A stretch of DNA of 62,912 nt, filler included, from Octopus bimaculoides (Eukaryota): assembly GCF_001194135.2 (NCBI RefSeq). It is 4 parts of 4 records of this genome, joined end to end, with 100 filler letters (N's around TTAATTAATTAA, not from the genome) between each part and the next. Parts side by side here need not be neighbours in the genome. Positions count along the whole stretch, not along the records: positions 1 to 20,918 come from NC_068982.1; 3 more parts are not named here. One strand, written 5' to 3'. The notes beneath the pieces are model-generated. The model searched no databases. It saw only the letters and a list, made by a program, of their open reading frames with translations, and was not told the DNA's origin. Below are positions 1-14,105 of this stretch, one piece after another. A program made the position numbers and the translations under genes. Within the stretch, counting starts at the first letter, position 1; each line of letters starts with the position of its first letter.

Positions 1-419
1 TAATTACCTCCGCCTATCTAGAACTCTTCTTTCTCAGACTGGAACGAACACGACACAATGAAGTAGAGAAATTTGAAAAGACAACACGAAACCGGTTATT
101 TCTCAAAATACAATGTTTATATACCAAAAAGATTTTATAACATTTTTATAACATTTTTCTTACATTTTTCTGACATAATTTAAATATATACTTTAACCAT
201 GTAACACAAGCCTTCTGTAGTTTTTTCACTCTTATTATCTTTTATATATATATATATATTTATACGGCAAATAAGAAAGTGGATAGGATGCAAAATGGAC
301 AGACATCAGACGGTAAACATTCCAGGATGTCTATTTATTCCAATGTATTAGATGAATACAACCACATTTATTAGTAGTACAGCATACCAAATATAAACAG
401 TCGGTAATTACAAATATAA

Positions 420-660
420 AGAATAGGTAAAATGGTGTCGAAGCATATAATCATATAGGAACAGGTGATTGCATGAGTACATGAGCAAATGAGCAGATCG
501 TAAGCAGGTGCATTACTGATCAATACCTTCAAACCCACCACTGAAGTTCTATGTAAACACAATGTGAATTACTGCCTAAAATTATGCTTCCTGAGAAAAC
601 TCCTTCTGAGAACGAATTTATTCACCTATTCACCATTGGATGAAATAACATAGATCAGAT
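420..660 (+). mobile_element. Degraded Penelope-like element, GIY-YIG C-terminal remnant
   Basis: Fragmentary translation ending ...ENEFIHLF resembles the C-terminus of PLE GIY-YIG domains, and a hammerhead motif follows 200 nt downstream. No intact ORF. Confidence 0.3.
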
Positions 661-856
661 AATACATCACGGAAAGTCTGTATCTTCTTTCCCCTTGCGA
701 TACCGAAATCATTATACTAAGATGTACTTCACCCTCATCCTCATGTTTGTTCTTGTTCTTACTCCTATTCTTTTTCTCCTTTTTTTAAAAAAGACAAACA
801 AACTGTAGCTATTATTAACTGTTTTTATATGTGTTAGCACTCCCTACCACTTAGAC

Positions 857-979
857 CCTCTGAAGAAGCCTAGAGGCACATTCATTATCCAAGTCATACC
901 TGCTCATCCTTACATAACACTCAAGATTTGGAGACAACCTGGAAGATTTCGTTGCCTCTTGGCAGAAACGGCCGTAAGG
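857..979 (+). ncRNA. Minimal type I hammerhead ribozyme motif with long loop II
   Basis: CCU-CUGAAGA (860-866), helix II GCCUAGAGGCA/UGCCUCUUGGC, GAAA (965-968), palindromic helix III ACGGCCGU, GUA cleavage triplet, then AGG. Helix I is only 3 bp. Confidence 0.6.
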
Positions 980-1879
980 AACTAGCACCTACTAACAATC
1001 TGCTCAATTGTTCATTTACTCATTCAATCATCTGTTACTATGTGATTATATGCTTCCACACCCTTGTTCTTGCAATTACCAACTCTTTATATTTGATATG
1101 CTGTACTACTAAAAATGTGTATGTGTTCATCTAATACATTCTAATACATTGGAATAAATAGAGATACTGGAATGTTTACCGGATGATGTCTGTCCATTTT
1201 GTATTCTATCCTCTCCACTTTTTAAACGCCTATATACATAGGGTTTTTTCGCTGTGTTAATGTTTACTGTTTTCTATTTTTTTCTCGTTGTTTATGTATA
1301 TTACTCGTGTTTCCTTCCTTTGTTTACGTATTTCATGCTATTTGCACCGTTGGTTACGTCCTGTATCTATATATGCATGCATGTATATATGTATGTATGT
1401 ATGTATGCCTCCTCTTTTTCTCTCTCTCTCTCACTCTCCCATTGCTCACACGTGACCATCGTCAATCTTTCTTTTCCTCACGCGACCATCTTTCTTTTCT
1501 TACACGGACGTTTAAACGATCGGACGCGATTTCCTCCCTTCTATTTTTTCTCTCTTCAAAACGAAAAAAGTTTCTCCCAGTGTTCGCTATTTTTCTCTTG
1601 TTCTAGTCTAAAGAGCATCCATGTTTTTTTTCGTTCGAATTCGTTGTATGCCTCCACTGTGATTGTTTTGTTCCAACTTTGACCTTCCATAAATCCTCAA
1701 TTTTATTTTAGAATTTATGGAAGCAACTGTCTTTAAAGACTTTTATTATTATGGAATGCTCGAAATGAGGAGTAGATAGACAGCTGACAACTCAAAAAGG
1801 TCCATTATATATATATATATATATTATATTATTTATTATTTATATATATATCCATACATACGTATGAATGTATATGTAC

Positions 1880-1911
<32 letters not shown>

Positions 1912-3440
1912 GTGTATCACCTTGTTCAATACTTGTCACTTTGCTGGTAATGAAAAGGGTAACATTTTAAATTTCTATTGTGTGTCCATTTGAAACGTCA
2001 TATGTAATATAAAATAAATATAATCAGTTAAAATAGGAGTTTTTGAAAAAAAAAACTATAAATTTATTAATATCACCACCATTTTCATTTTCAGAAAATA
2101 GGTGTTATATTTTGTGCTTGGGTATTGCTTACATTATTGAAGTTTGGTCTTCATAAATAATCTTTAAATATTGCGTAACACGCATTTATTGGAATAATAT
2201 CTCTTATTTTCTGCAAACTTAGTTATATATTTGTACAATACTTATATTTACAAAATAGACTGGATACTCGTAGGTTTGTTCTACCTTCCACTCCATTGAA
2301 GGCAGCTTGATATAGTCTGTGTGTGAACAATTCGCACCACATCGGACATTGTCTTTTTCTTTTATTTATCGATATAACCAAAGTACGCCTAAAATGAAAT
2401 TGCAATTTCAAGTGTCAATTCTTCTCAGACGGTTGAAGTGAAATCCAACAAATCCTCAGCACCTTCCAACGTTATCATTGCTGACGATTAGTACATTGTC
2501 AGTAGCTTTCAGGACCGTTTATTGTATGTCATTTGAATGATCGTTTTATTTTTTTTTGGTCTATTTTAGAAAGCTGAAGCATTTTTGTTTTTATTCTTTT
2601 GATGGTGTGAGAAAGTAAACGATTAATATTTTGTGAATTGAAAATCTTTGTGGGAGAAAAAAACTATTCACGTTTTTTTTTTTACCATTCAGTATACGCT
2701 TCCCAGTGTTATCATGTTTTCAAGGGCTTATTCATAGCGTCATTGTTTCATTCCTCAACTCAGTCGTTTTTGTTGTTAGAATGGTCTTGAATTCATCTTT
2801 TATTTATTTTTTTTTTTTCATTTTCACAGTGTGCTGCATCCTTTTTCATTTTCACAATGTATTGCTAGATCAAAATTCATGAATCGAAAGAAATCAACCT
2901 TGGAATTCAACGATACAATATTTCGGATCCTTTCTTTGCTCAGACCCAATGATCAAAGTTTAACACACCTCATATTTGTCGGTAAATGCAAAAGTTTCCA
3001 CTGATTCCAAATTCAGGGCCTGTTCATGCGTGAATCAATTAGCGAAGATCGTTAAGTTCTACAGACTACAGGGAGAATTTGCGCATTAGTTCACGGTGTG
3101 GACTATCAACAGACTTTCATTTTTCATTACATCTTGAATTATGTGATTCAAGACAATGCAAAGATGGTTCATCGTTTGCCGCGCAGAAGACGACCAGGTG
3201 CATTATGCGGGGATATATGCTAGTTTCATGCAGATAGTACCGAAATGGGAAACTTGAAATGAAATTGGGCGGAGTGCATGTGACTACGTGTACACATCCA
3301 TATTTGTGTGCGTCTAGACAGTTTGCTAGCATGGTCGAATTTACTACTGGAATATCGTATTGAGTATTTATGAGTATTTATCACTCATAATCCAGAAACN
3401 NNNNNNNNNNNNNNNNNNNNNNNNNNNNNNNNNNNNNNNN

Positions 3441-3627
3441 TATTTATATTTTCTCACTCGTTTATTACTGTTCTTATTCTAACTCATGTCCATTGTCCGA
3501 AAATCTTTCTTCACACATCCGTAACCTCTTCAGCGACACTTTTCGTTTTCTTGTTTGTTCTTCCTCCATTTACTCCATTTTGTTTTTCTAAGATGTGTAT
3601 CCTTATGTGCACATAGGTTTGTGTTTT

Positions 3628-3665
<38 letters not shown>

Positions 3666-4640
3666 CGTCCATGTGTATGTATGAGTGTGTATGCGTCCAT
3701 GTGTATGTATGTGCGTGTATGCTTGCGTGTGTCATAGTTTTTAGTAGCAGTGTGGCCTTCCCTTCAGCCCCATGCTCTCACTCCATTGGGCTGCTGTTGT
3801 CTTAAGACTCGAAAACATGGTACAATATCTGTATTCCTGTATTCCTCTCTGCATGTGTGTTCGTCCACGGTGTTGCCATCGTGGTAGTTGTTGTTGTTGT
3901 TGTCATTGCCATCAGTATCACAGCCGCTGCTGCTGTCGTTGTTAATACTATTGCTGACTTTGTTGTTACCGTCTATGTAATTTCTTGTGTGTATGTTTGT
4001 GCGTATGTATGGGCTCGCTTCGTACGTTGTATGTATCCATGCCCTTTATATAAATTTATTTGATCTATCTCTAGATCTTATATTTATCACAGGTATACGA
4101 CAAATATATTTATATACTCATTTATTTATTCATTTATATATTTATTTATTTATTTATTTTATACACCTGTCTATTTTTATTAAGTATCACAGGTAAGTGC
4201 ATAAATGACTATTGTTTACCTATTACCCTGATGTTTCTGTGTATTATTTACGATTTTTTCCTCTCTTCTCATCCCTCTGTCTTTAGTCATGTAGTGTGGA
4301 ACAGTAACAACCACCACCACACCACACCATATGACTAAAGACAGACGGGATGAAAAGAGAGGAGATAAAAATCATAAATGGTGTGAAAGGACCGTGTTGA
4401 GGGAAAGGCTACACTGCTGCCAAAAAGCATGACACACACACAAGCATATATACACACACACACACAAGGACACAAACGCATGCGCACATAAGGATACACA
4501 TCTTAGAAGAACAGAATGGAGGAAGTGCAGCAAGAACACACAAGAAAAAGTCACTGAAGAGGTCACAGATGTGTGACGAAAGACTTCCAGACAATGGACA
4601 TGAGTTGAAATAACAAAATAAGAATAGTAATAAACGAGGG
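3441..4640. repeat. Two copies of one interspersed repeat in inverted orientation (about 3441-3800 minus, 4370-4640 plus)
   Basis: Shared blocks such as CTGAAGAGGT(C/T)AC(A/G)GATGTGTGA, GACAATGGACATGAGTT and CTAAGATGTGTATCCTTATGTGC occur on opposite strands. Confidence 0.7.
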
Positions 4641-6161
4641 AAGAAAAAATATATAGTGCGTGTGAGTGTGTATGTATGTATGTATATGAGTGTGTATGTA
4701 TATGAGTGTGTATGTATGTATGTATATGTGTGAGAAGATATATATATATTTAAATGCATGGTGGGAGTGAGTGTGTGTAAGTGCATGTGTGTAAGTGTGT
4801 GTGTGAGAGAGTGCGCGTACATATCCGTATATGTGAGCGTGTGTATATACGTATGTATATGTAGATGTATATATATATGTGTGTGTGTGTATATATGTAT
4901 GTATATATGTATATATAATAGCATAAATAATATATAAATATATGCATATATCCATACATATATGTACATACCTACATCTATATGTATACATACATGCATA
5001 TATGGGTACAGGACATCACAAGAAACGTTGAGCACAATGAGAAACGAAAACATAAAGACGAAGACAGAAAGCGAACTTTTTTTTCGAACAACGAAAAAAG
5101 CAAAGAGAGAAACCAGACATGCAACATAAAGAATATTTCCCTTCTTCAGTTGCCTCTGTTCCATCTACTCCGCGTTTCGAAGGCAAGGACAATACGCGAC
5201 TTCGTTTGAACAGTCCTTCCCGCAAAGCAAATTAATTGAATTTGGAATTTTTTGCGGAGGGTGAAGGTGTAAACAAGAACAGGACAGTGAGAACAAGACA
5301 GTAAAAGACAGTAAAAACAAGGCATAACAATGAAAACAAACGGTAAGGGCTATTAGTCCAAGACGATAGAAAAATTATTATTTTGAACGCGAAGTTAGAT
5401 GTGAATGAGAGACAAAAAAATTCACGTCTTCTCTATAGGAAGGCAGGAAGTAGAAAGAAAGAATTCATATTCGTCACGTGTCAGCGACGAGAGGGTCAAG
5501 GAGGAGGAGTGAGAGAGAGGGAACGGTGAGAGGAAGAGAAGAATAGTGGAGGGTTGGGAGAGAAAAAACAGAAAGGATGAAGAACAAGAGAGGGGTGTGT
5601 ATGTATATATGTATGAGTATGTCAATGTATATATATGCATGTTTGTGCGTGTGTGTGTGTGTGCGTTTATATGTCCGAGTGTTGAATCTTAAAGGTCAGT
5701 TAAGGACAATCACATGTGTAATCAACCATGAAGAAAAAATTAGCGGTACAAAGAAATAAAATACCAGTCCTTTTAAAACGGCAACCATTTTAACAGTACC
5801 ACAATCACTATCCCTCTATATCTACACATTCAAAGTAGCTTAGCAACGGCCCTCCAGCAACAATACACCGTGATAAGCTCAGTGGCTACTACGAAAATCA
5901 GGCCACAACACACAGAGAGGATGTTTTTGAAGCCGAGAATTAAAACTTACGGAGACAATATTTACATACCGTCTGAGGAAACACGACTAGATCTCATAAT
6001 ACAAGGAAACAGCTGTATAACCAAGTATCTGCACGCACTGTTGCGTGGAAACAATTGCAGTAATTAAAAAATAAATGTCAAGCAATCGTACCCCTTTTTG
6101 TTGATTCCAATTTTTACAACTATATACACATATGCATACACCCACACACACCAAACACACA

Positions 6162-6204
<43 letters not shown>

Positions 6205-6276
6205 ACATATATATATATATATGTATATATTTATATATATANNNNNNNNNNATATATATATATATATGTATATATT

Positions 6277-6313
<37 letters not shown>

Positions 6314-7087
6314 TCAATTGAATTTTACGTATACATCGTCGCAAATGGTTCTTACACATTTGCGTACTAGAAAATGTTTCTTAAGTTATTTGTATATCGT
6401 CATAAACTGGCGATTCACTTCGCTCCTGGTTCGTGATGTTGATAAGCCACAAAATTAAAACAAAATATCCTTGTCCATTGCTCCTGAATGGGAATGGAAG
6501 TAAGTTATTTCGCCTATGACTTGCGGGTGCTTTAACATCCGGCGAATCGTCTCCAAAGCGTTATACTACAGCGAACCGGCGATCAAGCAAAATACATACA
6601 CCATGTGTTGTCAATGAGTATATATGTGTGTGTGTATGTGTTGGTATATATATATATATAGACATAAACATAAATACAGAAATACTCACAAGTCTGTATC
6701 TATATGTATCTGTCTGCATTTGTGTGTATGTATGTGTGCGTGTGAGTAGTTACACGTATATTTCAGTCGGTACATATATATTTGCATGTATGTATGTGTG
6801 TATATGTCAGCTGTAAGAACCAAAGCAGAAGAATATGAACTTTAAATGGAAAATGTGAGGAAGCTGAAATTTCGAAGTCACTTCGAACCGTTTCTTTGCA
6901 AAATGTTTATAAATATGTACTCTAATAAAAGTTTTGCTCAACCTTTCAATTTAATGTTAAATCGTTTTGTATATCACCTCATTTAAAAAACATAGATGCA
7001 TATACACACACACATATACACATACATACATACACACACATACACCCGCCCGCCCACACACATACTCACAGACACACACAGATATTC

Positions 7088-7171
7088 TATATATATATAT
7101 ATATATGTATAGATAGATAGATAGAGAGAGAGAGAGGGAGAGAGAGAGAGAAAGGGAGAGAGGGAGAGAGG

Positions 7172-7207
<36 letters not shown>

Positions 7208-7213
7208 GAGAAA
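7088..7213. repeat. Compound (TA)n/(GATA)n/(GA)n microsatellite
   Basis: Directly visible simple repeats. Confidence 0.9.
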
Positions 7214-10200
7214 GCTTCTAACAGTAAACTAACTACACATATTTTATTCTTCATGTTTCAGACTTTGTATATGTTGACATTTATTTTAGGTTTCTTGTAT
7301 TTTGAGATTTTTTAAACAAATTGCTACATATTTTATTTATTTTACCTATTTTTAAAATTCTATTTTATTTTTCATTTATTGTCATTTCTTAAATATTACA
7401 ACACTATTTTCATTACCTTTCAGCTAAAGACACTTGATCGCTAGCTGTAGTGATTATAATTTCTCATTTCTCATTACAATGGAAGTCATTGTAACATATT
7501 ACATATAAATTACTGTCTTCGAAAGCCTGCTGGAGATAAACATGTTTACATTTTAGTAGTTTATATAATGGAAGATTTCAGATTGCAAAAACGCCGAAAT
7601 GCTATTAGAGCAGCTGTGATACAATGTTTATTTATTGCCATTGTCATTGTAATTAATGCTATTATCGTTGTTGTTCTTGTGGTTGTTGTTTAACTCTAAA
7701 GCTGCTGCTGTCAAGCAGTTCTGTATTTAACGACGTTTTATCCATGACATTTGCACTTTTGCGTTTCCATGAGGATGTACATTGTCTCACATATCATTTT
7801 AAGACAGTAAAATATTTCAAGGTGATTATGTTGTTATTTCTAACATTTCAGGCGTCTACTCAGATGTTTTTCCATTGGAAAATATATCATTGTTGAAGTA
7901 TGTAGTTACACTACTTCAGTATAAAACATGGACATTTGTCCAAAAAGACTGATTGGAAATTGTGAATTCCTGTACTTGCTACTATTGAAAATTTTACAAA
8001 TAGTATCTCTCTTCTATTTAGTAACTGCAAAGCAGGCAAAATATCAGTTATATTACTCCAACACGTAAACATATATTACGCGCAGAAGAATAAAAGGTAT
8101 TCCTAACACATTGGCAACTGATGCAGATAGACGTCGTATTGAAAGTAAATAACAAAATGAAACACTAAGTGGCTGGGATTATTCAGGAGCAACCAATTTA
8201 GCCAGACACTTAGTATCAAAGTCATTAAATTTCTGACCACGTAAGAGACACATTATGAGTTATTCCAGCTCTGCCTTGGCCTGTAATCTTTCGACAATAG
8301 ACATCAAATGAAACAAAACTATGCAAGTCCCATATTATCTCCTGTGGCATACTAACCATATCAAGCGACTCTCTGCACAGGAAGAAAAATGCTTCAAACC
8401 AAAGACCATATGGATATGCGAGGAGTAGTTCATTTTCACGGAATGTCCCAACGTTCACAAATTTGTCACTATAAGTACAAGCATACAAAAGAAGTCAAAC
8501 TGGAATCCTCCTCGCGTCGCTACGCCATTTGGATATAGTAACAAAATTTGCCTAGAGCATCACCCAAGTGTCAGAAAAAGGAGTGTGTATGTTAGATAGT
8601 CGATTCTCGTATGTATTAGGCCAGACAAAAACAGGATAGACACAACTAGGTCCATAGTCGAATAACAAATAAGTGTCACAGAAAGATCTTAACTCATAAT
8701 ACTCGTACAATTAAATTAGCAGGCTGATTAGAACGTTTGATTGAATGCTTTGCAATGTTCATTCCCCTATCCTGCACACTGAATTCAAATAGCGCTATAT
8801 TCAAATTTTCGATTCATTCCTTTGTAGTTGATAATATATATGCGGATAAATTCAAGGTTATTCTTCCATGGGGTACTTCCAGAATTTACTTATATGCAGA
8901 AACAAGCTTATCAACGAAGAGAGTATATGATGCATATATTTTCACGTTTAATTGCAAGCAAACACGCACTTCTCTCAAAATATGCGGTATGATTCCAATA
9001 CAAAGAAAGTTGAAGGCAATATGGACAAAGTTTATTCTTCCGACAGTTAACCAGCACTATGTAGAATCTACACAAGATCAGAAAATTTACAAATCAGATT
9101 CAAAACATTCGAACCAGCACTCTAATTTGCACTCTAATTTCGAGGCAAAAATGTTATATATAAAGCAATGTATCTGAAAGTATAAGTATTGGTACATCCA
9201 ACTTGACATGATGAAAGTAACAAGTAATTCTCTCTCATGGAAAACCCACCACTAGAAACAAAGAATGGCATATTAAATATGTTGCTGCATATTATTTAAA
9301 ACAGCCGAATCTTTATGGCAGAAGTGTTATTGGTTATGTGTTTGCTCGGCTTGAACTGATTTGAACCTAAACAACATGAATACAATTCGTCAACGATAGG
9401 GGTTCGCTCGGTATCACCTTGAAGTTGTATGCCACGTACGAAGGAACTACATCTGAAAATTCATTCCCAGTTAGATTTTGTCAGTAGGAAAACTATATTG
9501 TCATAGCTATTTCTTCACTCTGTGACGCTTCATTACGGTTGGCCTGGATTTGAATAACAGTATTTACATAGGAAAATGGATCTAAACACGAATGACTTCC
9601 CTTTGGTGGAGTTAAAAGAACTGAATTAAGAGCACAAATCATCAAATTTACAATCTGTTTGTTATCTCCTCAAATAACACATCATTTTATAGTTCTAGTT
9701 TTCGTTCGTCTTTACGGGTAAATGTTATTTAAAAATACTTAAAATTTGGCAAAGCAAATACATTTCATGTGCACTCAAACTGTTTATAAGTTAAAAATAT
9801 TTAGTGCATTAACAGCAAGTGGCTGAATTGCATAATGGTGTGTTTTGCATGTGTATAGATAAGAACAGCAGTAAATTTTGGTTTGTCGTCCCAAGAGCAT
9901 ATTTGCTGCGTCCTTAACGTTTTCATGAAAGCTCACAAATTGATACATCTGATAACCAGTTCATCCTTTCGATACACTATTGTAAATATATTATGTCAGT
10001 CAATGTGCTAATACTGTTGAAACAAACATGAATTTCACAATATTATTATTCGTCAGTGAAGTTATAGAATAAATCAATAACTACTGAATTTCTGCTGCAC
10101 AAAATTCAGATGGTATAGTCAACTGTGTTATTCCTAATAAGATTTCTAGAGTATTTTTCAATCACGTAGAAGTGTAACAAATTTGTTTAAAAACAGACAA

Positions 10201-11619
10201 TGAATTTATTGGTTCGTTCTCAAATCAACGTGTAACCTCGTTTATAATACCAAGGTAATACAGTTATGATACTTAAATCTGATATTGCTTGCCGAATTCG
10301 TGTTGATGTTAGCAATTTCACCTATTTGTTGGCGATTTTAATGTGTCACATGCAATATGTTTTGAATCTTTTCCTCAATGAATAGCTCTCTGCAAAATAT
10401 TATCACGTGCCGATACGGTGTGATCCAATCATAAAACATTAGGAAAGTTTAGCTTAGTTGATACTAACAATGTTGGAACCAACTTTTGAGTATGTTGGAA
10501 ATATCTTTCAACTCTAATAAAACTAAAAAGCCCGCAGCAGCTGTGGTAATTGCAGAATCGGAGGTTCATGTCAATAGAGTTTTATTCCACAGTCTTCAGA
10601 TCTACAATATTGGATAGCCATTCTAATTACGATGAACCCTAGCTAATGACATTAATTCATTTATTATAAAGGAAATAATATAATCAGAGTTTCTGTATCT
10701 GCATTGAATATCATTGTTGTTGAAATTGAAACCACTACAATACTTCTTAAAAACGATTTTTGTTTTGCTTTGAAACGAATACTTACCTCAAGGTTAAGAA
10801 CAGTAACTGAAGTGACTTCATGCACTAACGAAGAGATTCTACAAGTATTAAATGAGTCTGACATTCGAGTATCTCCTGGCAAAAAATTGTATTAGGTGAT
10901 CTCTGGCAGTATAAATGAATTTAAAGCATTCATTTAATTTAATTATGTTTGTGGCGTCCAAAAGTCTATGATACGACCATACTGGACAAACACTGACATT
11001 GATCAAAATATATTTCTCAAGTTGAATTTTAGCCTAATTTCTAAATTACTAATTGGTCAGCCGAATGTCATGCGTTAACGGGACACATAATCATTCTCTA
11101 CCAACAACATGCCAATACTTAAAGACATTACACTTAACATGTTTAATGAATAAACCATAATAAATTTAACTCGGAAAAAAAATATATATAAATGTGTAAC
11201 GATACTAGATATCCAGATAATTCTCAGCATAGCTTAAACATATTTTGACCTCAGCAAAGTACAAAACAGCAGTATCCGCCAAATTCGTGATGAATTAACT
11301 ACGGAGAATATGTACCTAACGGTACAATTATTAAGGCAGTAAATAAAACCATGTCGACAACGGGTATTATATTTGGGTATTGTATTCTCGTTAGAAAATA
11401 TATTTAGGGTAATTTAATGATGGAATATAAAAATATATCTATAGTTTGAAAGTCGTGTACACACTATCTGCATTTTCTCAAATGATGTAGGTATGGAATA
11501 TGGGATATAAAAGTGCGGTACATTGAAATGCACAAATGATGTGTTTATATTGATCAAATGTTCGTGCCGCACTTTAACTCAATCTGTCCATCAAATCAAT
11601 ATTGTCTGAACAGGTGCAC

Positions 11620-11762
11620 AGTGTACAACACGTCAGGTGGCAAGGAGATCGCAGAGCAACGTAAGATGAAGTGTTTTGCTCAAGAACACAACACAATAAC
11701 CTGACGAAGAAATTGAAATCACGATTTGTCGATCGTGAATGTGACATCCAGCGACTACGCCA
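11620..11762 (-). mobile_element. tRNA-head SINE fragment
   Basis: Minus strand begins GTGGCGTAGT (A-box like), followed by GTGTTCTTGAGCAAAACACTTCAT, which is shared with the copy at 33465-33560. Confidence 0.5.
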
Positions 11763-14105
11763 CGTATATATATATATATATATATANNNNNNNNNNNNNN
11801 NNNNNNNNNNNNNNNNNNNNNNNNNNNNNNNNNNNNNNNNNNNNNNNNNNNNNNNNNNNNNNNNNNNNNNNNNNNNNNNNNNNNNNNNNNNNNNNNNNNN
11901 NNNNNNNNNNNNNNNNNNNNNNNNNNNNNNNNNNNNNNNNNNNNNNNNNNNNNNNNNNNNNNNNNNNNNNNNNNNNNNNNNNNNNNNNNNNNNNNNNNNN
12001 NNNNNNNNNNNNNNNNNNNNNNNNNNNNNNNNNNNNNNNNNNNNNNNNNNNNNNNNNNNNNNNNNNNNNNNNNNNNNNNNNNNNNNNNNNNNNNNNNNNN
12101 NNNNNNNNNNNNNNNNNNNNNNNNNNNNNNNNNNNNNNNNNNNNNNNNNNNNNNNNNNNNNNNNATATATATATATATATATATACCCATTGTTAATGAA
12201 AAATCATTTTCCATCGTGAATGATAATTTACCATGCAAGAGGAGTTAACTCAGTATTACGTCACTTGCACCAGGCGTTAATTCGTTCATTTAGACGTTAA
12301 AAATACATTTCTGTTTTTGAAGGAAAGTATGAAGCTGATTTATTAAATTGTGCTGAACAAATTTTATATGTCACGTGCGTGTCTCGTGATTTATTACGAT
12401 GCATCAAACCAATTTTATTGCAATCTAGTTGTTGGTAGTTTATATGCCTCCAACATTTTGAAATGTATTAGTGTGCATTAATATGAAAAATATTAGTGTG
12501 CATTAATGCTGGGCTGGTCTATAGCATTGTTGTGTAGTCATACCTGTGAAGGAAATATTTTCTTGTTAGACAAGATATGCTCGTATTAGGTCGTTAAGTA
12601 TGAAATTTGTAGAAAAGAAAAGTTTGCTAGTGCATTATAATTACAAGGAATAGCTGGGGCTCGGTTAGAGTTTTCTTCAGGTTGAGTAGCCCATCCTGTT
12701 CAAAAGATCTCTGAACAAGGGTTGTTTAAGGATGTTGAACGAAATACCCATGTTTCGAAAGGTGAATTATCCAAAACCTCAAAGAATTCCTCTTAACACA
12801 TGGCTTATGATGCTCCCCCGCTGCTTCTGCTCGACAAACGTTTAACGCTCATGTGTCGTCTTCGACGGGAGAGTTCATCATATATAATTTCCATAATTTC
12901 CTAGGTCTAGGGTGTCACAAAAACAGTTCTTTTCTAAAAATTTAATTTCTTGAGAAAAGACTTAAAATGAATATGATTTATCTTTGTATATATGCTTTAA
13001 AGGCAAAAGGAAGTCGATACAGATAAAAGTATTTTTGGACACTTCTTTTTATATAATCTGTTTTACAAGAAATGTTCCGGATATGTGGTTGCTGGATAAT
13101 TTTTTTTTGTTGATTTCCCTGTCCGCTAGCTTTTTATGTTGTTTTATTCAATTTTGATAAGATTTGTAAACATAAGCAGGCTTTCTTCAGTATCTATCAA
13201 TAGTCTAGAATGTTTCGATTTTAGTTGGCTTTCATGTCTACAGTCACGCGTGATATTTCACAATAGAGTACTGCTCGTCAGTACTTTTATTACATTTTCG
13301 TGATATACTTTAATTACATATATTGATTGTATAGTTCTTCTAACTGTTAGCATTATCCAAACTACTTTTCTATGTGCGGTTCGTTACTTATTTTGGTTGA
13401 TTTAGGTGTCACGACCAATCCTGAACTGGAGCACTGTGTTGAAGCGTATAAAGACGAAATATTTGGGTACATGACAGAAGAGAAGAGAGAGGGAGAGAGA
13501 GATGGAAAGGGAAATAGATAAAGTGAGCCTGAGTATGATGAAATTAGATACACAGAAGTCAATATAAATATAATTATCGGGAAAATAGTATAAAATCAGA
13601 ATAACGAACCGCTAGAGTTATTCTTCATAGACAGATCCTTATCTTGATAAGGTCATGCTCAAATATCGCATATAAAAATGAGGCGAGTGCAGGGAATCTA
13701 TCATGGCAGGTTTTCATAAACAGGCCGATTCCAGCAGAGCTCATGTAACATCACCCACAAGAAAATGGAGAATCCAGGCAGCCCTTTACAGCTGTTTCTG
13801 GTGTTTGGTGATGAGGAAGTGAAGTAGTGTTCGTTTTGTGCGCATATAAAATGGCGTTGATGAATGTATATGCATTATACATTTGATCAGACATAATAAG
13901 TTTTTATCATATTAAGAGATACTGGAAAGCTTTTGCATGATGAAAGAACGCCTGATATATCGACAGAAATAGGCTCGGGTACGATGGGCGAAATTCGACT
14001 TTTTCAGTTCGGAAGGATTTGCAACCCAATATTTACATGCTGTTATATACAACTTATATATATTTCGTGATGTAATTCTCCAAAAGAATTGTTCATTTGT
14101 CTATG

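Noticed and set aside
4985-5225. GAAA...CUGAAGA half-motifs in a small repeat family (also 1755-1800 and 20595-20850)
   Set aside because: The core halves are in permuted order and I could not close helix I or a valid NUH site. They may be pieces of tandem hammerheads, but the evidence is insufficient.
8737-9177. Possible Helitron Rep similarity (KFILPT...Y...TQD)
   Set aside because: The downstream diagnostic motifs (DLFITFTCNP, EWQKRGLPH) were not found, so the similarity is too weak to call.
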